Positions 12,381 to 24,500 of a stretch of 64,000 nucleotides of DNA are shown in pieces. Positions within the stretch are counted from its first letter, which is position 1. The number at the start of each line of letters is the position of its first letter. A model generated the notes under the pieces. That model saw only the letters and a program-made list of their open reading frames with translations. It was not told where the DNA came from and made no database searches. This DNA comes from Glaucostegus cemiculus (taxonomy: Eukaryota). Both the position numbers and the translations under genes were made by a program. The stretch lies in contig CDPCPM010000213.1 in assembly GCA_976551045.1 (NCBI GenBank), positions 7,192,001-7,256,000 on the forward strand. Reading direction: 5' to 3'.

Positions 12381-13568
12381 TGTCTGAATGACTATCGTCC
12401 CATAGCTCTGACACCCATTATTATGAAATGTTTTGAGAGGCTAGTCACGAAGCACATCAGATCCATCCTTCCCCCAACCATTGATCCCCATCAATATGCA
12501 TGTCGGGCCAACAGGACTACAGGTGATGCAGTAACCTCTGCCCTGCATTCAGCACTAACGCACTTGGAAAAGAAAGATACATATGTCAGAATGCTGTTCA
12601 TCGACTTCAGCTCTGCATTCAACACCATCATCCTACAAAAGCTGATCGGGAAGTTGAGCACACTGGGCTTTAACACACCTCTCTGCAACTGGATACTGGA
12701 CTTTCTCACTTGCAGGCCACAGTCAGTCAAAATAGGAGAAAAATCCTCGAGCACCATCACACTGAGCACTGGCTCCCCTCAGGTCTGTGTGCTCAGCTCG
12801 CTCCTGTTCACCCTGCTGACCTACAACTGTGTTGCCAGATCCAGCTCCAACCACATTGTTAAATTTGCTGATGACATGACAGTGGTGGGTCTCATCACGA
12901 ACAACAATGAAACAAACTATAGAGAGGAGGTGAAGCAACTGTCCATGTGATGCAGTGACAACCTCTCCCTGAATGTGGAAAAGACCAAGGGGATGGTAGC
13001 AGCCTTCAGGAAAGGTCGCTGTGTGCATGCCCCACTGACCGTCAATGGGTCTGCAGTGGGACAAGTCAGCAGCACCAAGTTCCTGGGGGTGCACATCACT
13101 GATGACCTGACCTGGTCCATTAACACCACAGCCCTCACCAAGAAACCCCAGAAATGCCTCTACTTCCTGTGGAGATTGAGGAAAGTGAACTCCCATCCTT
13201 CTATTATGAAAACGTTCTATAGAGGAACCACGGAGAGTATCCTGACACACTGCATCACCATCTGGTATGGGAGCTGCTCAGCTGCTGGACGGAAGTCCCT
13301 GCAGAGAATAGTGAGAGCTGCAGAGAAGATTATAGGTGTATCTCTACCCTCTATTGCAGATATATATATGGACCAATGTGTCAGAAAGGCCACAAACTTA
13401 ATGTCCGATCCTTCTCACCCCTCCTACCACCTCTATACACTCTTGCCATCTGGAAGAAAGCTCCAGTGCATCCGGGCAAGGACTACCAGACTGTGCAATA
13501 GCTTTTTCCCACAAGCTATCAGAACCGTAAACTCCCTCATCCCTCCCGCCAACACCAAAGGATGCTAG
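12381..13568 (+). pseudogene. Rex1/Babar reverse transcriptase ORF with one premature stop
   Basis: ORFs 12423..12950 and 12975..13568 are in the same frame. TGA at 12948-12950 sits where a conserved Trp (WCxxNxL) is expected. The N-terminal endonuclease is missing. Confidence 0.9.
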
Positions 13569-13811
13569 GTGTACAAAAAATGCACCAGCACTTTAAATGT
13601 CCGTTGTCTGTTGCCTCAGTACATTCACTCTAAGAATGTTTATTTGAGTTGCTATTTAATTGTGTGGTTCCAATATCGTTAATGTCTTTCTGTCTTTGTG
13701 TTTCTCATTGTTTTTTAATGTGACTAGCACCTTGATCTGTGGAGTACATACATGCTCCCATGCATCCTGAATGTGTATATGGAAGTGACAACAAAACTGA
13801 TTCTGATTCTG
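12381..13811 (+). mobile_element. 5'-truncated Rex1/Babar non-LTR retrotransposon
   Basis: RT motifs [56 protein letters not shown] and KFLGVHI, with a Rex-type C-terminus (FYRGTTESIL..CITIWYG...RL.NSFFPQAIR). The 3' UTR ends in an (ATTCTG)n tail at about 13797-13811. Confidence 0.93.
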
Positions 13812-13990
13812 AGAATAGAAATCACACTATAGTAACCTTAGGGTAATCTGAAGATCCCTCTTCAAAAGACTATGGATGCTCCAAAGATTGGAGCTTGCAA
13901 AACTGAAATATTTATCAGCTAAGGGTATGAAGCAATACAGAACTAAGTTGGGCGACCTTGTTCTATCTGGTATATGAGGACGTATGAACT
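13812..13990 (+). mobile_element. Old CR1 3' tail (right part, split by Rex1)
   Basis: ...caaaagactatggatgct...aaaactgaaat...taagggtatgaagcaatacagaactaag resembles a CR1 3' end and continues 12020-12370. Confidence 0.55.
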
Positions 13991-14170
13991 ACTTCTATTA
14001 CTGCATTCATGTGCATACAACATCCATCATCTGTAAACTACTTCTGTTACTGGTTTCTATTCTTGATCAGTCTTTTAGTGAATAATAATTACAATGATTA
14101 TTTGCATTGCATATTAATGCTCAAGCATCCTGTACTATGAAATATTGGGTGTCTATCTAAACTTCCACCT

Positions 14171-14330
14171 ACAGTAAAACTCTGTTAATCTAGCACACTT
14201 GATACTTTGATGGTGTCAGACTAGCAGATATTCCAAACAACTGGATGTTTTTCTGTTAATGCTCCAATACACATATCATTCACTTTTTCTTTAAATTAAT
14301 ATCTTTTTTCCCCAGTGAACCCAGTAAGCT
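14171..14330 (+). mobile_element. Possible Tc1/mariner (pogo/Tigger-like) left end
   Basis: TA followed by CAGTAAAACTCTGTTAATC, a TIR-like start. No matching right TIR found. Confidence 0.4.
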
Positions 14331-15544
14331 TAAAGGGACCTTGGGAAAAGGAACCAGGTAGATTTCAAGCAAGCACAACCAACAGGACCAGAAACTGATA
14401 CCCCAGCAAGTGGAAAGGGACCGTGGCAAACATCACCATCAGTAATTCTGAATGGTCGGATAGGGGATTTAAGTTTTATTACATTCAATCCTAGGTGCAG
14501 GTGTTTTCTTACAGGAACCTGGGAAAGCAACATCTTGGGCATTGATGTGTTATTGGAGGGAGAAGGACTGTTCAATGCTGTCACAGCATCTTGCCTGCAG
14601 TCAGGCTCCAGTTCTCACTCCTGTGGTTATGAAGCTGCTAAACTTGAAGTAACAAATGTAAGTACTCAAACACTCCTCCAGAATGAAATTTTAAATAATT
14701 CATTATGAATAGTTTATCTGAATAACAGTCAATTTCAGACTGAGTACTCTTCATTATTCAAGAATAAAAACATTAATTAGCAGGAAGAGTTTGCTAAGAG
14801 CACTTCTGGCTGTTAAGCTCAAACTGAAGAATTCACTGGCATTAGTTTTCTTTCTCTCTCGTAATGCAGAACACACAGAGAAAGTGGCTTTTTCCTACAA
14901 AATGATTGCCTGGCACTTAGCTGTACTCTCCCTAGTCAAATTTCCTTTTAGTTTCCATATCCCCCCAACATGGCAAGTGACATCAGCTCCAACTCTGTCT
15001 TCTTTTTGTTTTTTGAAAACAGAGGACATAAACATAGACAATAAACACAATTTGCTGTAAAAATAGACATCACTGGTGACAAAGGCTTCCACAAAGCTCT
15101 CCACTGTGATCGATGGGGATTGTCAACGAGGGGAATGCATACACTTTGAAACATTTTTATTGATCTTTGCATGAAATGATAAGGAATGGATCAGTGCTGG
15201 AAATAAGACATCGGAGGAGGATTTAGACCTTAAATGCTGAGAGCTTAGAACTTGACTTTAATTAACCTGCACTGGCTGCTTCACTTAATCTAATGGTATT
15301 ACTGAATAGAAACAATCATCCAAGTAAATCATGATACTCAGTCACAGGTCATCCTTGTTATTGGAGGCAAACAATCCTTCAGGTAAATTCAGATCTGGAA
15401 CTCTGCTCCCATTTGTTACAACTAGTGCTGCCCCATACATTTATCATCGCTTTCCTTGTCATTCAAGGAACTGTTTATTGCTTTGCTCTTTCATATCCAA
15501 ACTCACCAGAAGGGAAGAACTGCTCCAGCTGTCTTGTTTGATAA

Positions 15545-15685
15545 AAGCTTAGCTACAGTCTCTTGCTTTTGAGTCAGATAGTCACAGGTTCAATCTCCTC
15601 TCTGGAGCTTCTGCATATACATAGCCTCAGCTGACACAGCATTGAAATATGGAAAGAGTACTGTGCTGTTAGAGATATTGGCTTA
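15545..15685 (+). mobile_element. Deu-domain SINE (SacSINE1/AmnSINE1-like), 5' part
   Basis: ctcttgcttttgagtcaga...ggttcaa...gctgacac...gagtactgtgctgtt matches the head seen at 57010 and the body at 28735. Confidence 0.55.
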
Positions 15686-15689
15686 GAAA

Positions 15690-16750
15690 TTCATTAGTGC
15701 GGAAATAGTGTACTGAAATGCAAGGTATGGGGGACTCATTCTACTTTGTCCCAGAGCTACTTATACCTGAAATTTATTCCCTTACCTCCTCCAATAATTT
15801 GTGTGTTTGAGCAAATCATCAGTGTTTTATTTGCATACAATATAAAAGGGAGTAATTTTAGGAATCCCAAGTACCTGCTGAATGTTATGTATGATGCTTG
15901 AAGCCTCTTATAAGGGAGTAGCTTGCTGCCTCAAAACACTGCTGGAAACTACTGTGCAGCTGGAAAAGCACTCAGAAGAGTAGTGGGTTGGCAGGAAGCT
16001 AGTCATGTCCACAGGACATATTCAAGAGGGCGCTATCATAGGATCAGCCATTGGCAGGCATTATGTGGACCCTCTCGTCACCATGACCAATCCTTTGGAG
16101 CTCACTCCTTTCACAATCCCACTCACATAGGCCCCAGCAGCTACATCAGCAGAAACTGCACTTGACATTCGTAGCCAACTCAGGCTCAAACACCACCACC
16201 CCACAAACAGTGGAGGGTGGGAACTGGGGAGCTTCACTTGCTGTGTTGGTGGGCACCACCGGCCTGCACCGAGGCAAGAACAGCCAACCTTATGAGTTTG
16301 TTCCTCAAGGGAGAGGCTGCACATCACAAATAAGAGAAGTGCTTTCTACTCAAAGAACAGGAGATTAATTTCTCTCCCCTCAAGTACACAGGCTCCATCA
16401 TTTTGTGAATGCAATGGTGAGATACAAACTGCAAGACATGGCATATTTCAGCCACCACCTGGGGTAATCTGTACCGTCAGAGGTTTAAGACAACCGTGAC
16501 CTTCACCATCAAATATCTGAAGGTTCAGGTTCAGCTATCTGGCTGGAATCCAAGCTGCAACAGCTGACAGATCGGAGTGACCATCTGCTTTGAAAACCTT
16601 GCCTCCAGACACATTGGTCTTTGGATAGGTTGAGGTTGGATTGTTGTGCGATTGAATTTCCTTCCTGCTGTCATTGGGATAAATTGTTACCCTGGGACTC
16701 TATCTGCCTGTTCTGGTAAAGGTAACAAAGTCTGTAGCATTTGACAAAAA
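15690..16750 (-). mobile_element. PIF/Harbinger deletion derivative with transposase N-terminal relic (16340-16640)
   Basis: Minus frame RFSKQMVTPICQLLQLGFQPDS*T*TFRYLMVKVTVVLNL*RYRLPQVVAEICHVLQFVSHHCIHKMMEPVYLRGEKLISC is collinear with the Harbinger/HARBI1 N-terminal region and with the copy at 51717-51950. Outer boundaries are inferred from the split SINE. Confidence 0.75.
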
Positions 16751-16759
16751 GCAAATAAG

Positions 16760-16975
16760 TTATCCTGATGTTTAAGCCAAGACATCTCTCAGTCTATACT
16801 TCCAAAAATATATTAACTAATCCTTTAGCTGAGTGCCATTTCAGGGACATTGCTATGATCAAATTAACTGCTCTGCTTCTTATAAAACAACCATGATTAT
16901 ATTCCAAAGCAAATCATTGGCTAGCAGAGGCTCCTGAATGTTCCAGGGTCTAAAAGTCACCACATAAGTGTAAAA
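16760..16975 (+). mobile_element. Deu-domain SINE, 3' part
   Basis: Degenerate Deu domain ttgctatgatcaaattaactgct...cattggct...gtc.aaaag and L2-type tail. Confidence 0.5.
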
Positions 16976-17259
16976 CCAAATTACTTCAAATGCATTCACA
17001 AGGTCACTATCAGACCTTATTCTTCACTTTGCTTATGCTGCTGTTATCACTGTTACATCACTGAAAATTGGTATAATCAGACTCTTCGAAAATATTTGCT
17101 CAAAAGCATTTTATAATGTGATGTGCATTCCAATGGCCTGCCTTATATTCCAAATGTTTATTACGTTACATAAAATATGATCCCTTCACACTTGTTGATG
17201 TCTTCAGTATTGGACTTATGAAGAATTTCATTGACTGCCTTGCTTTGGAGTATGCTGAG

Positions 17260-18350
17260 GTTAACTGAATACATTCATTTCAGAGTACTTTGTCTCTGCT
17301 GCTGTACCTTTTCTGTACATCCCTCTTAGCCTCTGTGACTTGTTCTGTGAGATTTCATTTGCATCCCAATGAGCCATTTCTATTTTTTTCCTGTGGGATT
17401 TCAATAGGTAATTTTCCATTGTTATTTGGTGACCCAGGTATTGCTCTGACGATCCCATTAAACTTTTTAGGTTCTGTCACAGTAGAAATGAAGATAATAC
17501 AGGCTAGAGATTGCACATGGAGATAACTGGGAGTGAGAAACACTATAGTAGTTGGTTCTTATTAACCTTCATTAACTCCATCTGGAGGCACTCAAATATA
17601 TCCTGCTAAGTGGGTAGAAATATTTCCTTTAATTACTATAGGGACAACATGTCACCGCCAAGAAGAATCTTTCCCACATTAATGATCCTATTCTTCTTAC
17701 CCAATTTAATGATCTGTTCTTCACCAGGTTTTGAATTCACTTGTTTCTGATGTACTCTGGAGTCCTCTGTTTCCTCACATTAGTGAGAAGGCTGATAGAA
17801 ATTTCTGTGGGCTCTGTCATGCAAATCTCTGCTTCGTCAAAAGAATTAAAACAACTATACAAGGCATCTTTATCCCCTCTGGTCTCTTGTAAGATGAATG
17901 GTTCACTCTCATCTGATCTTCTATACCCACGTCTGTGATTCCACTTCCATCACTGGTTGCTAACATTCATGATGTGCAATCTTGATGTATTGCTTGATCA
18001 TGATCCGAGTTTCAAATCCCATACCTGTCCCCCAAACGTAACATCAAAATTGTTAATGATGCTGTTGAATCCAACCTGATTCATGCTTTTATTAACTGCT
18101 TCTCCAGTGTACTACTGCCACCCTTCTCCAATGTACGTGGTAATTCGTCTGAAATTCCATTATCCTGTACTGCACTAAATAATACCCACTGAATTGATCT
18201 TCATCACCTCCACTGGTTCACACAACATTGAAGTCAATGGAACTTATGTTGTTCCCCCATTTCCCATATTTCCTTATCCTCGCCTTTTCATTTTCTCCTT
18301 TCACTCCCAACATCCCCATTCCCATTTACCAGCATCATTGCTCATCTCTT
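17260..18350 (-). mobile_element. Probable Nimb/I-group LINE relic (ORF1 C-terminal half, possible ORF2 start)
   Basis: Frameshifted peptides GIKMPCIVVLI/SFDEAE/LHDRAHRNFY and SLACIIFISTVTEPKKFNGIV/SSEQYLGHQITME resemble Nimb ORF1 motifs. HWDANEISQNK...AETK resembles an APE N-terminus (WNAxGL...ET). Heavily decayed. Confidence 0.45.
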
Positions 18351-20659
18351 TCAATTTGCTGAGTGAGATTTTTAAATGAATATTAGCTAGTGGCGCTAAT
18401 GCCTACATCCATGGGCACCAGAAAGAATCAAAGCTTTTAATTTCAATTAATCAATCTCAAATTCATTATTGGCTTCATAATATTAGACTTCAAGCAACTG
18501 GGTAGAGATTGATTTTGCAATTTCATGGAAGGTTGTTTCTTCTTTAAATGTAATTTGTCTCTCTTAAAATCATTCTCTTAATCTCACTTTCATTCACCCA
18601 CTCATCAATTTTCAAATCATTATGAAAATACCAAACAGATCTCTCAGATCTATTTGCTGTCTTCGATTATTCTGAACAGAGGGAAGAAACTGGTCAAATA
18701 GAGCAAGGTAAAAAACTATTTGTAACATCACAAGCACATTGTTTGAACTATCAGCCTAACTGGAATTAACAGCCTAACTAGCCAGCACAGAAACCATGCC
18801 AGGGCAAATTTAAATAGGGCACTGTGCAATATGCTGGCTTCACAAATGTGGGTGGTTTTCATCCACATTAACATGATTTCTGCACATATTCTTGAAGACT
18901 GTCATGAGGAGTTGAGTTCACTTTTGGTATTTTTCAAGTGGTTTTTTTTGTAACTGGGACCCATGAGTTCTTTATCCCACAGTCCCTCAGGACTAGAGCT
19001 TCCAAACCATTCAGTCAGAGCTTATTTCCTCATCTACCACTTGTCCATCCACACTATGTGCATCAGCCTGTGTACTTCCCTGTGAATCAGTTTCTAAAGT
19101 CTCATAGGTGCATGTCTCTGGGCTACTACTTGATGGAGAGGAGAGTAACTCCAAGAGAAATGTGCAAAAAGGCCTTCCACTTCTACATTTAATTTGTGCA
19201 ATGTCCAGAGGAATAGATTAGAGTGGATTGCTTCAGAACAGTGTTCACTTGACTTGCAGTTGTGACATAAGGGTTTCAACGATGTTCTTTGCTAGCAAGT
19301 AATTTGTGTCCAGTAACATCAGAAGATGGCTGACTGCTTTCCCAAACCATAGAGGGTTCTGAAGCCAGCCACAGGATAACCTTATCTACATTCAGACCAA
19401 ACTCACTGGTGGAGGTTATGGAACTTACTATCAAAGTACCAGTAGCCAAAAGTTCAGCCAGTGTGGTGGCAAAAAAAAACATTTTTCTGAGAATATCAAG
19501 CATTTGTTCCTCAAGCAGCTTAACACAAACCACTTGTCCGTCAATCTCTGCCTCAGTAACGTATTTCATCATTGTTTAATAACTCTAAATCAGGAGCAGA
19601 AAATGTGATGAATTTACTACTAATGTTTGGTGGCAGTGAGACACTTGAACTGCTATACAAGTTATCTTGGGAAATAGATTACAATGGCAGGATTAAATTT
19701 TATGTTGAATTAGATTGGGCTGTTGGACTCCCAACATGATATTATATTCTCTACATTGCAACTATGTTTTATTATTCATATGATCCCGAACTGTGACTTT
19801 ACACTCATCCAGAACAAAAACATAAGTCTGAGAAACAATTTGCAGCATTGAGCTCCTTCAATAAATTAGTTTGTTGAAGAAAGTTTGAGAGGCATTACTT
19901 GCTAATAATGTGCACAAAATACAAATAAAAATCTCAGGTGTATTTAATAAACTTTTAAGTGCTGGTAAGAATTGTTCCAATGTTATAACACAAAATACTG
20001 CTGCAGGTATTCAAAATGATTAAAATAAATGTATCACATGATAAATAATAAATTGCATCCATGGCTTTTAAATTTTAAATTTTTTGACATATACTTTGCA
20101 GTTCTACAAAATTATCTTGATTAAATATATTATTTATTAGTGAATATAAAATGTAAAAGTAAATAGAATTGTGTTTTATCTGTTCTACAGAAGAAATAAT
20201 TGTTGACATATTATTTCATAGATAAAATATGTTAAACATATATTTAAAATATATCTACATAAAGGAAAAAATGCAAAATATATTTAAATTGAACTTCATT
20301 AACACTTAATATTTCAGCATTCCATGAAGGTTACATTTAAAATTAATACTTGTGTGACGTCGTTGTAATAATTTACTTGCAACTGTTCCATTCAAGTCAT
20401 CTTATTAAACATTGGTGGCAAAAGAATTCAAATGAGTGGATAAGAGTTGCAGATGTTGCTGTGAATTACAATTCTGGGTAATAAATGTAATGCACGAGTT
20501 CTTCAAGACAACGCAGCAGGAAAGCCAGGACAGAAAGCGTATGTTTAAGCTTAATAATGGTCAATACTACAAATTGTTTCTCAAACTTATGCTTCTGTTC
20601 ACAGTCACAGAACAGGATCTCATGAATAATAGAATGATTCAGGTAACATTCGAACAATC

Positions 20660-20830
20660 CCAACCAGCAGTTACCATCACTCCTGTAATCTCCAGTGTAA
20701 TCACTCCATCATTGGTAGCCATGCTTTGATCTGACAAGGCCCTAAGCTCTGGATTTCTCTCTCTGGACCTTTCCATTAATCCATCTTTTGTTTAAAGACA
20801 GTCGTTGAAGTCAATTACTATGATCAAACA
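20660..20830 (+). mobile_element. L2 LINE 3' end fragment
   Basis: cactccatcattggtagccatgc...aggccctaagctctggatt...tttaaagaca is a typical L2 3' terminal motif. Confidence 0.55.
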
Positions 20831-20844
20831 AATGAAAATCAGAA

Positions 20845-21240
20845 AAAAAACAACAGGTGCTAATAAATTTCAAGGACAGAAAATGCACTTAGCAGGTGAG
20901 ACAGCTGTACAAAACAGAACATTAATATTTCAGGTCAAAAGCACTTCATCAGAACTTGGAAAGAGGGAAAACTAAGTCATTTTAAGTTGCAGAGAGTTAG
21001 GGCAGAGTGGATAGGACAAAGGATAGGATAGGGTGAGGCCAGGGTTGCTGTGGTGAAGAGCTGTTGATGAAGCTGGCTGGTGATGAATTAATGAGGGCAG
21101 TTAGTTAGAGAGAAAACAACAGAGACCCGTATCGCTGTGAAATGCCCATCAGAGCCGTTGGAAACATCCAACTAATCAATGTCAGTGGAGAGAGAAAAAC
21201 TGACATAAGCATTACCAGACTGTGCACATTCCTGGCATCA
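20845..21240 (-). mobile_element. Decayed Penelope-type terminal repeat element
   Basis: Same repeat family as 54560. Minus strand 20952-20928 reads CTGATGA-agtgcttttgacct-GAAA. Confidence 0.5.
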
Positions 21241-22439
21241 TATTTTACCAAAAATTCAGCTCTAGAACTTCAGTTACCTGCTTAAGTCAACACCCCACTT
21301 TTGTCAATCACGATCAAGTCTCAGTCCACCTTCTATTTGCTCTTGTAATTTGCACATCGTTCTCTCAATATCAATAACCTGATAAGTTGACAAGCATTGG
21401 ACATTCATGAATCAATTTTCTATTGACTTGGGCAGATGTTTCTGAGGAAGGCATCTTCCCTTTGGCTGGGGTTGTGCCTCCCCTCCACCCTGCCAGCATA
21501 TCACCATCACCTTCTCATTGGCTGGACTTGCCCTTGATATACCACCTTCTCATTGGCTGAGCAGGCCCCCCAGTAATCAGCATACCACTAATTGGGCTTT
21601 TCCCTCAGGATGCTTTACTGGCTTCCCAGGGGACAGTCAAATGCTGAGCAAAATGTAGCAAGTTCCCAGTTCCACCTACCAGATCCAGTCAACTATGCAT
21701 TGGTATTGTTAACTGGTATTGTTGAAAGAGTTTAATGGGCCCAGAATGGGTTGGATTGCATGACTAAAACCTTGCTTAGACCTTCAATACCTCACCTGAT
21801 TCCTCATTCATCTGCAATACTTCATCACCTTCATGACTATTCCAAAGTGCACAGAGTTTAACTCCTTCAATCCTCCGCAAACCTAAGACCATCCAAAACT
21901 CCACTGGTGAAAGTAACAAGACTCAGTCAAAAACCTTGATTAAAAATGTAAATGGATTATTTTTTCTTTATTGCATCTCATCTTTAGGTTTTAAATAAAT
22001 TTCTATTGGCTTAAAGTATTTTTGCAAATGCATTTTTAAAATAACTGTTTTAACTATGTAAATCTATTGAACGGTTTTTAAAGGCCTTTGGAAGCAGTGA
22101 GCTATCATAAGTTTATCAAGTGAGTTGTGGGGGGGGGGGGGGGGTGGTATTGTCAAGAATGCCACACCTGAGGCCTATTCGCGCACTCTCCATCTCATGG
22201 AATGGCTGCAGCAGTAGGGCCAAAAGGTTGATTGGTATGGCAGAACAGCAAAAGGTAGGGATGGCCACACAGGAAGTGTGTGTGTGTATGTGTGTTGGGG
22301 GGGGAGAAAGAAGTAAGGGGATGCAGGTGCTCATGGTGAGTACAGGCAGCAGGATAGATCAACCATTGATATCTTCCTCTGTGCTCTATGTCAAATTTTA
22401 TTTGGGATCCTTTGCTGTCAGAGGCTCTGCATAATGTTG

Positions 22440-23130
22440 TTAAAGGGGCAAAAGCAAAGCTAATTAAATTTAAAGCAGACAAATGTGAAATCATATATTT
22501 TGAAAAGAAGAATGAAGAAAGGGTGTACTGAGTAAATGGTATGGGATTCATGGTTTAATTATAAAGGAAGACAACAAAGGTAAAGAATTTACTCCAAACC
22601 TTTATAAAACACTGGTTGGGCTTCAGCTGGAACATTGTGGCCAATTCTAGACAATGCACCTCAGCAGAATGTGCAGAAAAAATTATTAGCGTGTTGCCAT
22701 TGATGAAGCTCCTCAGCCATGAACTGAGGTTGGTGAATCTGGGGTTGTTATTATCCTCAGTGATATGAAGACAAAGAGGACACTTGATTGAATTATTCAA
22801 GATTAGGAACAGTCTTGACAGAATAAATAGGGAGAAACCACTTTCAGTGGCAGAACAATTGGTAACCAGAGAACACCAATTTAAGGTGATCAACAAAAGA
22901 ATGAGACACTAAAGGAGAAATCATGTTTTATTTATCATGGTGAGTTATTGTGATCTGGAATGCCTGAAAGGATGAAGGAAACAAGTTCAATCTGTGCAAA
23001 AGAAGAACTAAATAAACTCTTGAAGGGCTAATAGGGAAAGAAAATTGACTAGATAGCGGCAAAAGATTTGTGCACAGGCATAATGGATTGACTGGCCTAC
23101 TCTATCAGTTTGACTCTAAGCCTTTACATG
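22440..23130 (+). mobile_element. CR1 LINE 3' fragment
   Basis: Translates to KFKADKCEIIYF and LYKTLVGLQLEHCGQF (CR1 FNxxKCEVxHF, LYKxLVRPxLEYCVQFW), followed by a CR1 tail. Confidence 0.75.
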
Positions 23131-24254
23131 TGAAAAGGAGAAATTTGCAGGGATATGGAGAAAGTGGGATTAATTGAAAAACTCTTTCAAACAACTGGTA
23201 GATGCACAATGGAGCAATGGATTTTGTGCTGCTAGGTTCCAGGAAGTTGAAATTCATTTTTGGTTACCTGTGCTAAATGTGCAAGAGAGTATAAGTATTT
23301 CTGAAATTACTCCAGTAACTGTATCCGGGCTGCCTTTCTCACCATAATCCTGTTTCTTATCACCTGTGGTGTAGAAGTACTTTTAAGACTTAGTGTGTGA
23401 CCATTTCCTCTGTTGTTTTGTTCTCTATCTTTTAGACTCATTCATTAACTTTTAAATGTATTAATAGCCATCACCTTTGTTGGTTACCATCTGTATTTGG
23501 TCCCATCATATATAAATGAGCCTATCGCCAGTCAAGGGGAGATGCATCTTCAGTTCAACCCTGAGTCAGCAACTCAGTGTAAGGAGTGACAAGCAGAAAA
23601 GATGGGGTTTTATTTAATGTATACAAACTAAATGTGTTTTCGCTGCAGCTGGACTTAATGTGGTCATGAGCTTCCCATATTGTTTCAGCTGATGTTACGC
23701 AGATATAAGGTCTTCCCATTTACCACTATATTTAATGGGAATAACTTCAATTATTTAGCACTTGGACTAAAAGTAGACAATTTGTGTTAGAAAATAAATA
23801 TATTGCGGAAAGAGCAGCATTTAAGTTTAATATTTCATGTATTATTTTTTGTGGTTTGCTTGTGGTTACTAAGGAGAGCATTGGGGAATTACATTTTCTT
23901 GCCAGACATCACATTTTATTTTATTGTTCACAGCAGTTATACAACCAATTGCTTTTACTGTGGCAAAGTCTCACTATTGTAACTGTTACCGTACAACATG
24001 GACAGATTTTAACTATTCAACTGGACCCTTGGCATTGACAGCAGGAGGCTGGTCAATGTTGAAAACTGGAACCTCAATGACATAAATGATGTTGGCACCA
24101 AAATGTCAACTTGCCAGCCCTGGGCCAGAAAGACAGAAATTGAATATCATGAGAGAACAAATGCACATGCAATTCTCCTCACATCATTTGAAGTAAATAA
24201 TAAGTTAAGTTGGTTCTATTCCAAGATCTCTGCATCAAAATTCTTCATCTATGC

Positions 24255-24500
24255 CTTAGGGGATGCTTACACACTAGGGGAATACATACACTCATGGTCT
24301 CAAATTAAAGGGTAGGTCACTTAAGATTGAAATATGGCAAAGTTTCCTCACTCAGAGTGTGATGAAACATTGGAAATCTCTACTTCAAAATGCTGTGAAG
24401 GTTCAGTCATTGGTTAACTTCAAAACTGAGATTAATAGATTTTTGGGTATTCGAGGAATCAATAAATGTAAGGACAGGACAAATGGCATGGGAGAAGGGT
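24255..24500 (+). mobile_element. CR1 LINE 3' end
   Basis: FLTQSVMKHWKSLLQNAV...NFKTEINRFL resembles CR1 FFTQRVVxxWNSLPQxAV...FKxEIDRFL. Confidence 0.75.

Noticed and set aside
12491-13250. Long antisense ORFs (92, 175 and 74 aa)
   Set aside because: Shadows of the Rex1 RT coding strand with no independent protein features.
17420-17460. EQYLGHQI resembling the Gypsy RT motif YLGH
   Set aside because: No YxDD, RNase H, integrase or LTRs nearby; the context fits a Nimb ORF1 end better.
19094-19572. Minus-strand ORFs with protease-like EIDGQ and knuckle-like CHNCKSSEH
   Set aside because: No DTG/DSG motif, the knuckle lacks its fourth Cys, and the order is wrong for gag-pro. Possibly decayed transposon sequence but unassignable.
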